Assembly: GCA_040878325.1 (NCBI GenBank)
Contig: JBBDMM010000009.1
Location: 1 to 64,000, forward strand
Reading direction: 5' to 3'
Length of the DNA stretch: 64,000 nt
Source of the DNA: Acidimicrobiia bacterium
GTDB taxonomy: Bacteria > Actinomycetota > Acidimicrobiia > Spongiisociales > UBA11373
The notes beneath the pieces were generated by a model that ran no database searches, was not told the DNA's origin, and saw nothing but the letters and a program-made list of their open reading frames with translations. The position numbers and the translations under genes were made by a program. This document shows, piece by piece, positions 47,651 through 57,014 of the stretch; position 1 is the stretch's first letter, and the number at the start of each line of letters is the position of its first letter.

Positions 47651-48837
47651 CCGACCAGCACCTCCTTGCCATGCACCACTCCGAGGTCCAGGTCTCGGTG
47701 GAGCTGGAGACCCCCGACGTCACGCTCAACATCGGCCCTCAGCATCCGTCGACCCACGGCGTGCTCCGCCTGGTGGCGAAGGTGGACGGCGAGGTGATCC
47801 AGGAAGTCGAGCCGGTGATCGGGTACATGCACCGCGGCTACGAGAAGCTCGCCGAGGTCCGCACCTACCCACAGATCGTCGCCCTGGTGTCGCGGATCGA
47901 CTGGGTGTCGGGGTACGCCAGCGAAGTTCCGCTGATGGTGGCGGTGGAGCGCCTGATGGACATCGAGCCGCCGGAACGCGCCCAGTACATCCGGCTGATA
48001 CTCACCGAGCTGGCGCGCATCTCATCGCATCTGGTGTTCCTCTCGTCCTATCCGCTCGAACTCGGGGCGGCGACGCCGCTGATGCACGCCCTCCGCGAGC
48101 GCGAGCGGGTCCTCGAGCTGATCGAGATGGTCACCGGCGGCCGCTTCCACCCGAACTTCAATCGGATCGGCGGCGTCAAGCCTGTCGCCGGGGCAGGCAG
48201 CACCCAGAAGAAGGCGTCGCAGGACCTGCCTCAGGGTTTCATCGACCAGACGCTGGCGGCGATGACGGCCGTGCTCGACGTATGCGACGACATGGATGAT
48301 CTGGTCGTCGGCAACGAGATCTTCCTCCAGCGCACCAAAGGAGTAGGGCTCATCCCGGCCGACAAGGCCCTCGCCTTCGGGGTGTCCGGGCCCAACCTGC
48401 GAGCCTCCGGAGTGCGCTTCGATCTGCGCAAAACCGATGACTACCTGCCCTACGACCGGTTCGACTTCAACATCCCAGCAGGCGAGAACGGCGACTGCTT
48501 CGACCGCTACTGGGTCAGGCTGCAGGAGATCCGCGAGGCGGCCAGCATCGTTCGGCAGGCGGTTACCACGCTCCCGTCGGGTGATCTTCTGGCGAAGGTG
48601 CCGCGGATCATCAAGGTGCCCAAGGGTGAGGTGTACGTCCGGGCCGAGAACCCCAAGGGGGAGATGGGCTACCACATCGTGTCCGAGGGCGGCCGCGGTC
48701 CCTACCGCTTGAAGATCCGCTCGGCGTCGTTCTCGAACCTGTCGGTGCTCCCCTGGCTGCTGAAGGGCCAGTTGGTGCCCGACATCATCGCCATTCTCGG
48801 CAGCCTCGACTTCGTGCTCGGGGACGTGGACCGATGA
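47647..48837 (+). CDS. nuoD: Complex I subunit D (second operon)
   Basis: NIGPQHPSTHGVLRL, GYMHRGYEK, LGDVDR. Confidence 0.95.
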   Translation: MTDQHLLAMHHSEVQVSVELETPDVTLNIGPQHPSTHGVLRLVAKVDGEVIQEVEPVIGYMHRGYEKLAEVRTYPQIVALVSRIDWVSGYASEVPLMVAVERLMDIEPPERAQYIRLILTELARISSHLVFLSSYPLELGAATPLMHALRERERVLELIEMVTGGRFHPNFNRIGGVKPVAGAGSTQKKASQDLPQGFIDQTLAAMTAVLDVCDDMDDLVVGNEIFLQRTKGVGLIPADKALAFGVSGPNLRASGVRFDLRKTDDYLPYDRFDFNIPAGENGDCFDRYWVRLQEIREAASIVRQAVTTLPSGDLLAKVPRIIKVPKGEVYVRAENPKGEMGYHIVSEGGRGPYRLKIRSASFSNLSVLPWLLKGQLVPDIIAILGSLDFVLGDVDR

Positions 48838-49859
48838 CGGCGTTGTTCGAGAACTTCTGGGTGCTGCTGGCGCTGAAGGTCCTGATCATCGCCGCCGTGA
48901 TCCCCGGTGTCGCCCTGGTGTTCATCTTCGCCGAGCTGAAGATCTCGGCCCACATGCAGTCCCGCATCGGTCCGTACTTTGCCGGAGGGCGGTGGGGATG
49001 GGCGCAGCCCCTGGCCGACGGCATCAAGTTCATGCAGAAGGAGGACCTGGTCCCGGCCGACGCCGACCGGCCCGTCTTCAAATTTGCCCCGATGGTGGTG
49101 CTGATGGGCACGCTGGCGGTGTTCGTGATCGTGCCGTTCGGACCCAACCTGATCGTCCGTGACCTCGACGTCGGCATCTTCTTCGCATTGGCTGCCGGAT
49201 CGGTCACGACCATCGGCGTGCTGATGGCCGGCTGGTCGTCGGCCAACAAGTACTCGTTGATGGGTGGCCTCCGTGCCGGCGCTCAGTTGATCGCCTATGA
49301 GTTGCCGCTCCTGCTGGCGGTCGTCGGCGTGGTCATCCAGGCGGGCACGATGTCGATGAACGGCATCGTCGCCGCCCAGATCGAGCCAGTGTTCCACATC
49401 GGCGAGGTCGCCATACGGCTGCCCTTCCTGCTCCAGGGGCAGGTGATCGGGTTCGCCATTTTCATGATTGCCGCCCTCGCCGAGTTGAACCGGACGCCGT
49501 TCGACATGCCGATCGCCGAGTCCGAACTGGTGATGGGCTACCTGACCGAGTACTCCGGCATCCGCTTCACGATGTTCTTCCTCGCCGAGTACGCCGGGAT
49601 GTTCTCGATGTCGGCGATCGCGTCCACCCTGTTCCTCGGTGGCTACTACCTGCCGGGCATCCCGCTCGGGGCGCTCGACTACCTCGGTCCCCTGATCCTG
49701 ATGGGGAAGGTGAGCTTCCTGGTGTTCGTGATCATCTGGATGCGGTGGACCTTCCCCCGCTTGCGCGAGGACCAGCTGCAGGCGCTCGCCTGGCACTGGT
49801 TGATCCCTCTGGCGTTGGCGAACATCGCGGTGACCGCGGTCGCAAAGGTGGTTTTCTGA
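48834..49859 (+). CDS. nuoH: Complex I subunit H (second operon)
   Basis: [17 protein letters not shown]; directly coupled to nuoD. Confidence 0.95.
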   Translation: MTALFENFWVLLALKVLIIAAVIPGVALVFIFAELKISAHMQSRIGPYFAGGRWGWAQPLADGIKFMQKEDLVPADADRPVFKFAPMVVLMGTLAVFVIVPFGPNLIVRDLDVGIFFALAAGSVTTIGVLMAGWSSANKYSLMGGLRAGAQLIAYELPLLLAVVGVVIQAGTMSMNGIVAAQIEPVFHIGEVAIRLPFLLQGQVIGFAIFMIAALAELNRTPFDMPIAESELVMGYLTEYSGIRFTMFFLAEYAGMFSMSAIASTLFLGGYYLPGIPLGALDYLGPLILMGKVSFLVFVIIWMRWTFPRLREDQLQALAWHWLIPLALANIAVTAVAKVVF

Positions 49860-49887
49860 TGTTCTACATTCCCCCCGGGGAGGGACC

Positions 49888-50364
49888 GTGGCGTTGAAGC
49901 TTCCGAAGGTGCCGGGAATCGGCCTGGGTAAGGGCATGTGGCTGACGCTGCGCACCCTGTTCAAGCGGCCGGTGACCATCAACTACCCGAAGGAGAAGGA
50001 GATCCCCGTGCCGCGGGCGCGCGGGGTGATCGCCCTCGACGTGGAGGCGTGCACCGTCTGCATGTTGTGTGCCCGGGAGTGCCCCGACTGGTGCATCTAT
50101 ATCGAGGGTCATAAGGAGATGCAGCCGCCGGCGAAGGAAGGCGGGCGCCCGCGCAGCCGGGCCACGCTCGACCGCTTCGACATCGATTACGCCCTATGCA
50201 TGTACTGCGGCATCTGCGTCGAGGTGTGCCCGTTCGATGCCCTGTTCTGGTCGCCGGAGTACGAGTACTCGGAAGGGTCGATGTCGGCGATGCTTCATGA
50301 CAAGGAGCGCCTCACCGACTGGCTCGCCACCGTGCCCTCCGCTCCCCCGCTGGAGAAGAACTGA
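49888..50364 (+). CDS. nuoI: Complex I subunit I (second operon)
   Basis: [12 protein letters not shown] and [12 protein letters not shown]. Confidence 0.95.
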   Translation: MALKLPKVPGIGLGKGMWLTLRTLFKRPVTINYPKEKEIPVPRARGVIALDVEACTVCMLCARECPDWCIYIEGHKEMQPPAKEGGRPRSRATLDRFDIDYALCMYCGICVEVCPFDALFWSPEYEYSEGSMSAMLHDKERLTDWLATVPSAPPLEKN

Positions 50365-50903
50365 TGGACGTGGGGGCGTGGATCGACTGGACCCTGGACT
50401 GGCTGTCGAACGCGCAGAACGTGCTGTTCGTCGTAATGGCGCTGGCGATGGTGGCGGCGGCCTTGCGCGTCGTCACCAGCCCCAACGTGGTCCATGCGGC
50501 GCTGATGCTGGTGGTCGCCCTCGGGGGTTCGGCGGTGCTGTTTCTGATGCTGGGGGCGGAGTTCGTGGCCTGGGCGCTGGTGCTCGTCTACATCGGCGCC
50601 GTGGTCGTGCTGTTCCTCTTCGGCATCATGATCACCCGGGCGCCAACCGGACGCGACCCGGTTCGCCTCGACCACAAGCGGCGCTGGCCGGCGGCGCTGG
50701 TGGCTTTCGCCACCTTCGTCACCTTGGCGTCGGTGAGCGTGGCGGCCTTTGAGGACGCGGTGATCGAGGGGCAGGTCACCCGGACCGACGAACTTGGCGA
50801 GCTGCTGTTCACCCGCTACGTGATTCCGTTCGAAGCCGTGTCGTTCGTCCTGCTGGCCGCCCTGATCGGCGGCATCGTCCTCGCCCGGAAGGACCCTGAG
50901 TGA
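50364..50903 (+). CDS. nuoJ: Complex I subunit J (second operon)
   Basis: [25 protein letters not shown]. Confidence 0.93.
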   Translation: MDVGAWIDWTLDWLSNAQNVLFVVMALAMVAAALRVVTSPNVVHAALMLVVALGGSAVLFLMLGAEFVAWALVLVYIGAVVVLFLFGIMITRAPTGRDPVRLDHKRRWPAALVAFATFVTLASVSVAAFEDAVIEGQVTRTDELGELLFTRYVIPFEAVSFVLLAALIGGIVLARKDPE

Positions 50904-51208
50904 TGCTGGTCACCCAGTTCCTCATCCTCGGCGCCCTCCTCTTCTCCATCGGGATCTACGGCGTATTGGTGCGTCGGAACGCGGTCCTGGTGCTGCTCTC
51001 GATCGAACTGATGCTGGCCGCGGTGAACATCAACCTGGTGGCATTCGGTGCGTTCCTCCAGGACACGATGCTCGGTGGCCAGGCATTCGCCTTGTTCGTG
51101 ATCACCATCGCCGCGGCCGAAGTCGGCATCGGCCTGGCGATCGTGGTGCTCATATTCCGCAACCGGTCGTCGGCGAACGTCGACGAACTAGATCTGATGC
51201 GGTGGTGA
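50900..51208 (+). CDS. nuoK: Complex I subunit K (second operon)
   Basis: [20 protein letters not shown]. Confidence 0.95.
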   Translation: MMLVTQFLILGALLFSIGIYGVLVRRNAVLVLLSIELMLAAVNINLVAFGAFLQDTMLGGQAFALFVITIAAAEVGIGLAIVVLIFRNRSSANVDELDLMRW

Positions 51209-51212
51209 GCCG

Positions 51213-53261
51213 ATGAGCCCGACCCTTGCGCTGTTCGCTCTTCAGGCCCACGAGCCGGGGCACCTGTCCGACGGCGGGGTGCTCGCCGAGTTCGCCTGGC
51301 TGATACCCCTCGTCCCCCTGGTGCTGATGGTCGCCATCGTCTTCGTCGGCAAGCGCCTTCCGTACAAGGGATGGGAGCTGGCCGAGGCGGCGATGCTGTT
51401 CGTGGCCGTCTACGGCGTGACGCTGCTGGTCATGAACGCCTCAGGCGGCATCTACCACGAGGGGTCGGTCGAAATCGCCCGGATCGGGGCCTACACGATC
51501 GAGTGGGGATGGGTGGTCGACGGCCTTTCCATCATGATGTATTCGGTGGTCGGCGTGGTGGGTCTGGCGGTGTTCACCTACTCCAAGGGCTACATGATGG
51601 GCGACGTCCGTTACACCTGGTTCTTCGCGGCGTTCACCCTCTTCGCCGGGGCGATGCTGGTGCTGGTCTCCTCGGCGAACATGATCCAGCTGCTCGTCGG
51701 CTGGGAGCTGGTGGGCCTGGCGTCCTACCTGTTGATCGGTCACTACTGGGAGGACCACTCCAACAACGCCGCGGCGATCAAGGCCTTCCTGACCAACAAG
51801 ATCGCCGACGTGGGGTTGGTCATCGGGATCATCATCATCGGCGTCACCGTTGGGTCGTTCCGGTTCAACGACGTGCTCAGTGCGGTATTCGAGGGCGATT
51901 CGGCCCTGGCCCAGGTGGCATTCTGGGCAGGTCTGGCGCTCTTCATCGGGGCGATGGGCAAGAGCGCCCAGTTCCCCTTCCATGTGTGGCTCCCCGACGC
52001 CATGGCAGGCCCCACCCCGGTGTCGTCCCTGATGCACGCCGCCACCATGGTCACCGCCGGGGTGTACCTGCTGGGAAGGATGTTCCCGTTCTATCAGTCG
52101 GACGTGTTCGCCGCCGACGTCAAAACGATCATCATCGTCATCGGGGCAATCACCCTCTTTGCCATGGGCCTCATCGCCCTGGTCCAGGACGACATCAAGA
52201 AGGTGCTGGCGTATTCGACCCTGTCGCAGCTGGGATACATGACCGTGGCGATGGGGGCGGGGGCATACACCGCCGGCCTGTTCCACCTATTCACTCACGC
52301 CTTCTTCAAGGGCCTGCTCTTCCTCGCCGCCGGGTCGGTGATCCATGCGGTCCACTCCAACAACATGAGCGACATGGGTGGCCTGCGAAAATCGATGCCC
52401 TGGACGTACAAGACGTTCTTGGTGGGGTCGCTCGCGCTTGCAGGCATCTTTCCGCTGGCCGGCTTCTGGTCGAAGGACGAGATCCTCGCCTCCATCTCCT
52501 ACGACGCCGGGCACGGGGGCGGGACCGTCGCCTCGGTGGTGCTGTGGATCGCCATCGCGGGCGCCTTCGTCACCGCGTTCTACATGGCACGGGCGGTCTA
52601 TCTCACCTTCTTCGGCGAGTACAAGGGTCATGCCCATCCGCACGAGTCGCCGAAGATCATGACCTATCCGCTGATCGGCCTCGCCGGGCTGTCCATCGTG
52701 GCCGGCTTCGTCAATGTCCCGGGGGTGTACACCGGCTTCACCGAATGGCTCGCCGCCCGTCCGTTCCCGATGGGCGACCATCATGCCGAGTCCATCAACT
52801 TCGCCCTCGCCGCCATCGGGCTGCTGGTTGCTCTCGCCGGAATCGGCGCCGGAACCCGCCTGTGGCGCAAGGACGCCGCCACCCAGGCGGAACGCGATCG
52901 GTTCCGGATTCCGGTGTTGTATCCGGTGCTCGAGCACAAGTACTACATCGACGACTTCTATCGGGTGGCGCTGGTCGATCCGATCAGGGGGCCGGTGGCA
53001 CGGTTCGTCAACTGGACGAACACCTATGTCATCGACGCGGTGGTGAACGCCTTTGGCGGGTTGAGCATGGTCTTGGCGAAGGGCGTCTACCGCGGGATCG
53101 ATCAGCGAGGGATCGACCTGGCGATCAACGCCGTCGCCGGAGCGACCGGGGAGGCGGGGGAGGCCCTTCGCCACACGACGACCGGGCGGGTACAGCAGTA
53201 CGCAGGAGCCTTGTTTGCAGGAGCGGTGCTCCTGGTGCTCGGTTTGCTGATCTTCACGTAG
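51213..53261 (+). CDS. nuoL: Complex I subunit L (second operon)
   Basis: GKSAQFPFHVWLPDAMAGPTPVS. Confidence 0.95.
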   Translation: MSPTLALFALQAHEPGHLSDGGVLAEFAWLIPLVPLVLMVAIVFVGKRLPYKGWELAEAAMLFVAVYGVTLLVMNASGGIYHEGSVEIARIGAYTIEWGWVVDGLSIMMYSVVGVVGLAVFTYSKGYMMGDVRYTWFFAAFTLFAGAMLVLVSSANMIQLLVGWELVGLASYLLIGHYWEDHSNNAAAIKAFLTNKIADVGLVIGIIIIGVTVGSFRFNDVLSAVFEGDSALAQVAFWAGLALFIGAMGKSAQFPFHVWLPDAMAGPTPVSSLMHAATMVTAGVYLLGRMFPFYQSDVFAADVKTIIIVIGAITLFAMGLIALVQDDIKKVLAYSTLSQLGYMTVAMGAGAYTAGLFHLFTHAFFKGLLFLAAGSVIHAVHSNNMSDMGGLRKSMPWTYKTFLVGSLALAGIFPLAGFWSKDEILASISYDAGHGGGTVASVVLWIAIAGAFVTAFYMARAVYLTFFGEYKGHAHPHESPKIMTYPLIGLAGLSIVAGFVNVPGVYTGFTEWLAARPFPMGDHHAESINFALAAIGLLVALAGIGAGTRLWRKDAATQAERDRFRIPVLYPVLEHKYYIDDFYRVALVDPIRGPVARFVNWTNTYVIDAVVNAFGGLSMVLAKGVYRGIDQRGIDLAINAVAGATGEAGEALRHTTTGRVQQYAGALFAGAVLLVLGLLIFT

Positions 53262-53274
53262 GAGGAGGACGAGC

Positions 53275-54849
53275 GTGATGGAGATGTTCGACGACGGGTG
53301 GGGCCTGAGCCTCATCGTGTTCCTGCCCCTTGCGGGCGCGGGGCTGATATTGCTGTTGCCCAAGGCGCAGGAAGCCCTGATCAAGCTCGTGGGGCTGGCG
53401 TCTGCCCTGCTGTCGTTCGCGGCGTCGGTCGTCGCCATTCTGCGGTTCGACTTCGGGGCCGCCGAGCAGTTCCAGTTCGGCACCGACCTCTCGTGGATCT
53501 CCGCCATCGGCTCGCGGTATCACATCGGCATCGACGGCATCAGCCTGCCCCTCCTCGTCCTCTCGACGCTGATGACCGTGCTGGCGATCGTCTACTCGTG
53601 GCACCACTGGCCGGAGCCGCACAACCCGAAGGCGTTCCTGGTGCTGCTGCTGCTGCTTGCCACCGGGATGAACGGCACCTTCGTCGCTCTCGACCTGGTG
53701 CTTTTCTTCATCTTCTTCGAGCTGGTGCTCCTCCCGATGTACTTCATGATCGGGATCTGGGGCGACCGCGCCAAGATCCGGCTGCCGGGGTTCCGCCGCG
53801 AAGTGGAGACGAGGCTCTACGCCTCGATCAAGTTCTTCCTGTTCACGCTGTTCGGCTCCGCCTTCATGCTCCTCGGGTTCCTGGCGCTCTACTTCAAGAG
53901 CGATCCGCACACCTTCGACATGGTCGCCCTGGCCGAGGCCGGCCAGATGGGACTATTCGACGGAACCTTCGGCGCGTGGGTGTTCGCCGCCCTCTTCATC
54001 GGATTCGCGGTGAAGGTGCCGATGTGGCCGCTGCACACCTGGTTGCCGGATGCCCACACCGCCGCCCCCACCGTGGGCTCGGTGCTCCTGGCCGCCATCC
54101 TCTTGAAGCTGGGTTCTTACGGCTTCATCCGGATCAGCCTGCCGATCCTCCCGCAGCAGGCACAGGACTGGGCGCCGATCATCGCGGTACTGGCGGTGAT
54201 CGCCATCATCTACGGGGCGTTGGCCTGTCTGGCCCAGACCGACCTGAAACGGCTCATCGCGTTCTCGTCGGTGGGGCACATGGGCTTCGTTATGCTCGGC
54301 ATCTCGACCCTGACGGATGTGGGCATCAATGCCGCCGTCATCGGGATGGTCGCCCACGGAATCATCACGGGGATGCTGTTCTTCCTCGCCGGATCGATGC
54401 AGCATCGGTACCACACGCGTGACATGGCCCGCCTCGGCGGGAACATGAAGACGCTGCCGATCATCGGTGGCTTGTTGGCGTTCACCGCGATGGCCTCACT
54501 CGGCCTCCCCGGCCTCGCCGGCTTCTGGGGCGAGTTCATGGCGCTGCTGGCGTCGTTCAACCCGCTCGACGGGCTCAGCCTTGCGCTGTTCCGGATGGCG
54601 ATGGTGGTCGGCGCGGTCGGCACCGTGCTCACCGCCGGCTACATGCTGTGGATGCTCCAGAAGGTCAACCTCGGGGAGCCCTCCGAGGAATGGGCCGGCA
54701 AGGACCTCCACGACGCCGACAAGTTCGAATTGGCGGCGTGGGTGCCGCTGGTGCTCGGCATCGTGGCCATCGGCGTGTACCCCAAGATCGTCTTCGGCGC
54801 CACCAACGACGCGGTCTCCGAGCTGGTTCGCCGGGCGTTCGGGGGCTGA
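53275..54849 (+). CDS. nuoM: Complex I subunit M (second operon)
   Basis: HTWLPDAHTAAPT, GLPGLAGFWGE. Confidence 0.95.
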   Translation: MMEMFDDGWGLSLIVFLPLAGAGLILLLPKAQEALIKLVGLASALLSFAASVVAILRFDFGAAEQFQFGTDLSWISAIGSRYHIGIDGISLPLLVLSTLMTVLAIVYSWHHWPEPHNPKAFLVLLLLLATGMNGTFVALDLVLFFIFFELVLLPMYFMIGIWGDRAKIRLPGFRREVETRLYASIKFFLFTLFGSAFMLLGFLALYFKSDPHTFDMVALAEAGQMGLFDGTFGAWVFAALFIGFAVKVPMWPLHTWLPDAHTAAPTVGSVLLAAILLKLGSYGFIRISLPILPQQAQDWAPIIAVLAVIAIIYGALACLAQTDLKRLIAFSSVGHMGFVMLGISTLTDVGINAAVIGMVAHGIITGMLFFLAGSMQHRYHTRDMARLGGNMKTLPIIGGLLAFTAMASLGLPGLAGFWGEFMALLASFNPLDGLSLALFRMAMVVGAVGTVLTAGYMLWMLQKVNLGEPSEEWAGKDLHDADKFELAAWVPLVLGIVAIGVYPKIVFGATNDAVSELVRRAFGG

Positions 54850-56367
54850 GTGTTCGATTACCACGCCCTCGCCCCTGAACTGATCATCGGCATCGCCCTG
54901 CTGGCGACGATCGTCGCCGACCTGGTGTTGCCCGATCGGCTCAAGTACCTGGTGGGGGTGACCGCGCTGCTGGGGCTGGTGGCTGCGGCCGTTCCCCTGC
55001 TCACCCTGGCGCTCTGTGGCGATATCAGCGGATGCACCGACACCGGCACCAGGACGTTCTTCGGGGGGTCGTATGTGGTCGACGACTTCGCCCTCGTCCT
55101 CAAGGGGCTATTCATCGTCTCGGGCGTGCTGTCGCTGCTGCTGTCGGTGGGGTACCTCGAGAGCGACGACTACTACCAGGGCGAGTTCTACTTCCTCCTG
55201 CTCGCCTCGGTCACCGGCGCGCTGATCATGGCCTCCTCCCGTGACCTCCTGACGATGTTCGTTGGCCTCGAGCTGGTGTCGGCGCCGGCGTTCCTGCTGG
55301 CCGGCTGGAGGAAGGGCGATCTGCGGAGCAATGAGGCCTCGCTGAAGTTCTTCCTGACAGGGGTGCTCTCGGTGGCGGTGATGCTGATGGGGATGTCCCT
55401 GATCTATGGGCTGACCGGCCAGTTGACCTTCGGGGGCATCGCCTCGGCTGCATCGGTGAGCGGTGTGGGTGACTCGCCGGCGTTCGTCCTCGGGGTCGTG
55501 TTCGTGCTCGTGGGCTTTGCGTTCAAGGTGTCGGCGGTGCCGTTCCACTTCTGGGCGCCGGACACCTATCAGGGCGCTCCGACCCCGGTGGCGGCCTATC
55601 TCTCGGTTGGCTCGAAGGCCGCGGGAGTGGTGGGGCTGCTGGCGCTCTGCTACCAGGCGTTCTCGACGGTCCCCGAGATCTGGGGTCCCCTCCTGTGGGT
55701 GCTGGCGGTTGCCTCGATGACGGTGGGGAATCTCATCGCCCTCAAGCAGACCAACATCGTTCGCCTGCTCGGCTACTCGTCGATCGCCCAGGGCGGTTTC
55801 ATCCTGGTGCCGTTCGCGATGGCGGCCTCGTACGACACCGTGGGCCTGTCGGATGCATTCTTCGCCTCGGTGACGTACGTGCTGGTCTATGCCTTCATGA
55901 ACCTGGGGGCGTTTGCGGTGGTGATCGCAGTGGCCGCCAAGACCGAGAGCGGCGAGATCGAGGATTGGGGAGGGCTGAACCGGTACGCGCCGGGACTGGC
56001 GGCACTACTAGGGCTCTTCTTCTTCTCTTTGGCCGGTATCCCGCCGCTGGCCGGATGGTTCGCCAAGTTCGTGATGTTCCGGGCGGTCATCGGCGTGTTC
56101 GAGTCTCCCTGGGCGGTGGCGCTGGCGGTGATCGCCGCGGTGAACGCGGTGATCGCACTCGTCTACTACGCCAAGGTGGTCAAGACGGTGTACATGGACG
56201 CGGTGCCTGTCACGGTCCCGGTCGACCGGGCCACCCAGACGCCGGTGGCTCGCCCGCTCGCCCTGGCGATCGGCGTCACCGCGGCGATGGTCATCGCCGT
56301 CGGTTTCTTCCCCCAGATCCTCGCCTTCTTCGGAGAAATCACGGAGCGGCTGGTAGCGGGGCCGTAG
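54850..56367 (+). CDS. nuoN: Complex I subunit N (second operon)
   Basis: EASLKFF, FKVSAVPFHFWAPDTYQGAP. Confidence 0.95.
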   Translation: MFDYHALAPELIIGIALLATIVADLVLPDRLKYLVGVTALLGLVAAAVPLLTLALCGDISGCTDTGTRTFFGGSYVVDDFALVLKGLFIVSGVLSLLLSVGYLESDDYYQGEFYFLLLASVTGALIMASSRDLLTMFVGLELVSAPAFLLAGWRKGDLRSNEASLKFFLTGVLSVAVMLMGMSLIYGLTGQLTFGGIASAASVSGVGDSPAFVLGVVFVLVGFAFKVSAVPFHFWAPDTYQGAPTPVAAYLSVGSKAAGVVGLLALCYQAFSTVPEIWGPLLWVLAVASMTVGNLIALKQTNIVRLLGYSSIAQGGFILVPFAMAASYDTVGLSDAFFASVTYVLVYAFMNLGAFAVVIAVAAKTESGEIEDWGGLNRYAPGLAALLGLFFFSLAGIPPLAGWFAKFVMFRAVIGVFESPWAVALAVIAAVNAVIALVYYAKVVKTVYMDAVPVTVPVDRATQTPVARPLALAIGVTAAMVIAVGFFPQILAFFGEITERLVAGP

Positions 56368-56370
56368 GGA

Positions 56371-56482
56371 AGCCACCAGCCTCCAGCCTCCAGCCTCCAG
56401 CCAGAAGGGCCTTCACTTCCGCAAGAACTAGGCCCGCCACTGTTCTTGACTCTTGACTCTTGCTGGCGGCTGGAGGCTGGGG
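56371..56482. repeat. Composite heptamer element AGCCTCC x4 / TCTTGAC x2.5 / GCTGGNG x3
   Basis: Outer arrays inverted; follows the second nuoN stop. Confidence 0.85.
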
Positions 56483-56529
56483 GCGAGGCGCCGGGGAACC
56501 TGGCGGCCTACTTCTCCGTCTCACCCGTC

Positions 56530-56991
56530 ATGAAGAAACTGATATCTCTCATTGCACTTCTCGCCGTGGTCGCTGTTGCTTGTGGTGACGACGATGCCGG
56601 CGAATCCACCACCACCACTCCCACCACTACGAGTCCCACCACCACGCCCACCACCCTTCCCGATGGGTCGGTGATCGCCGAGTTCCAGACTCCTGACGGC
56701 GAGACCTATCGGATCCTTCTCACCGGCGATGCCGCGGTCGCCGCCCGGGCGGCATTTGCTTCCGGGACCAACCCCGGGATTCCCAATGGGAAGATCCTTG
56801 CGGGCGATGGTGGCGTGAACATCGGCCACGAGTGGCACATCGTCGAGGTCGAGTTCGCCGACTTCGCCATCGAGGTGTGCGACGGCACCGTCTCATACAT
56901 CGATGACCTTGGTTTTGACGAGTACGTCAACCAGCACGGCGATCGCTACTGCCCCTGGTCTGCAGAGTTGATCGGCCTGATCGACGGCTGA
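56530..56991 (+). CDS. Lipoprotein with Thr-rich linker and BP74-like C-terminal domain
   Basis: Lipobox AVAC, GIPNG, WH, FADFAIEVCDG, YCPW. Confidence 0.75.
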   Translation: MKKLISLIALLAVVAVACGDDDAGESTTTTPTTTSPTTTPTTLPDGSVIAEFQTPDGETYRILLTGDAAVAARAAFASGTNPGIPNGKILAGDGGVNIGHEWHIVEVEFADFAIEVCDGTVSYIDDLGFDEYVNQHGDRYCPWSAELIGLIDG

Positions 56992-57014
56992 CTTTTCCCT
57001 CGCCCAGCAAGCGC

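Noticed and set aside
56605..56655. ACC-rich repeat
   Set aside because: Encodes an ordinary Thr/Pro linker of a lipoprotein
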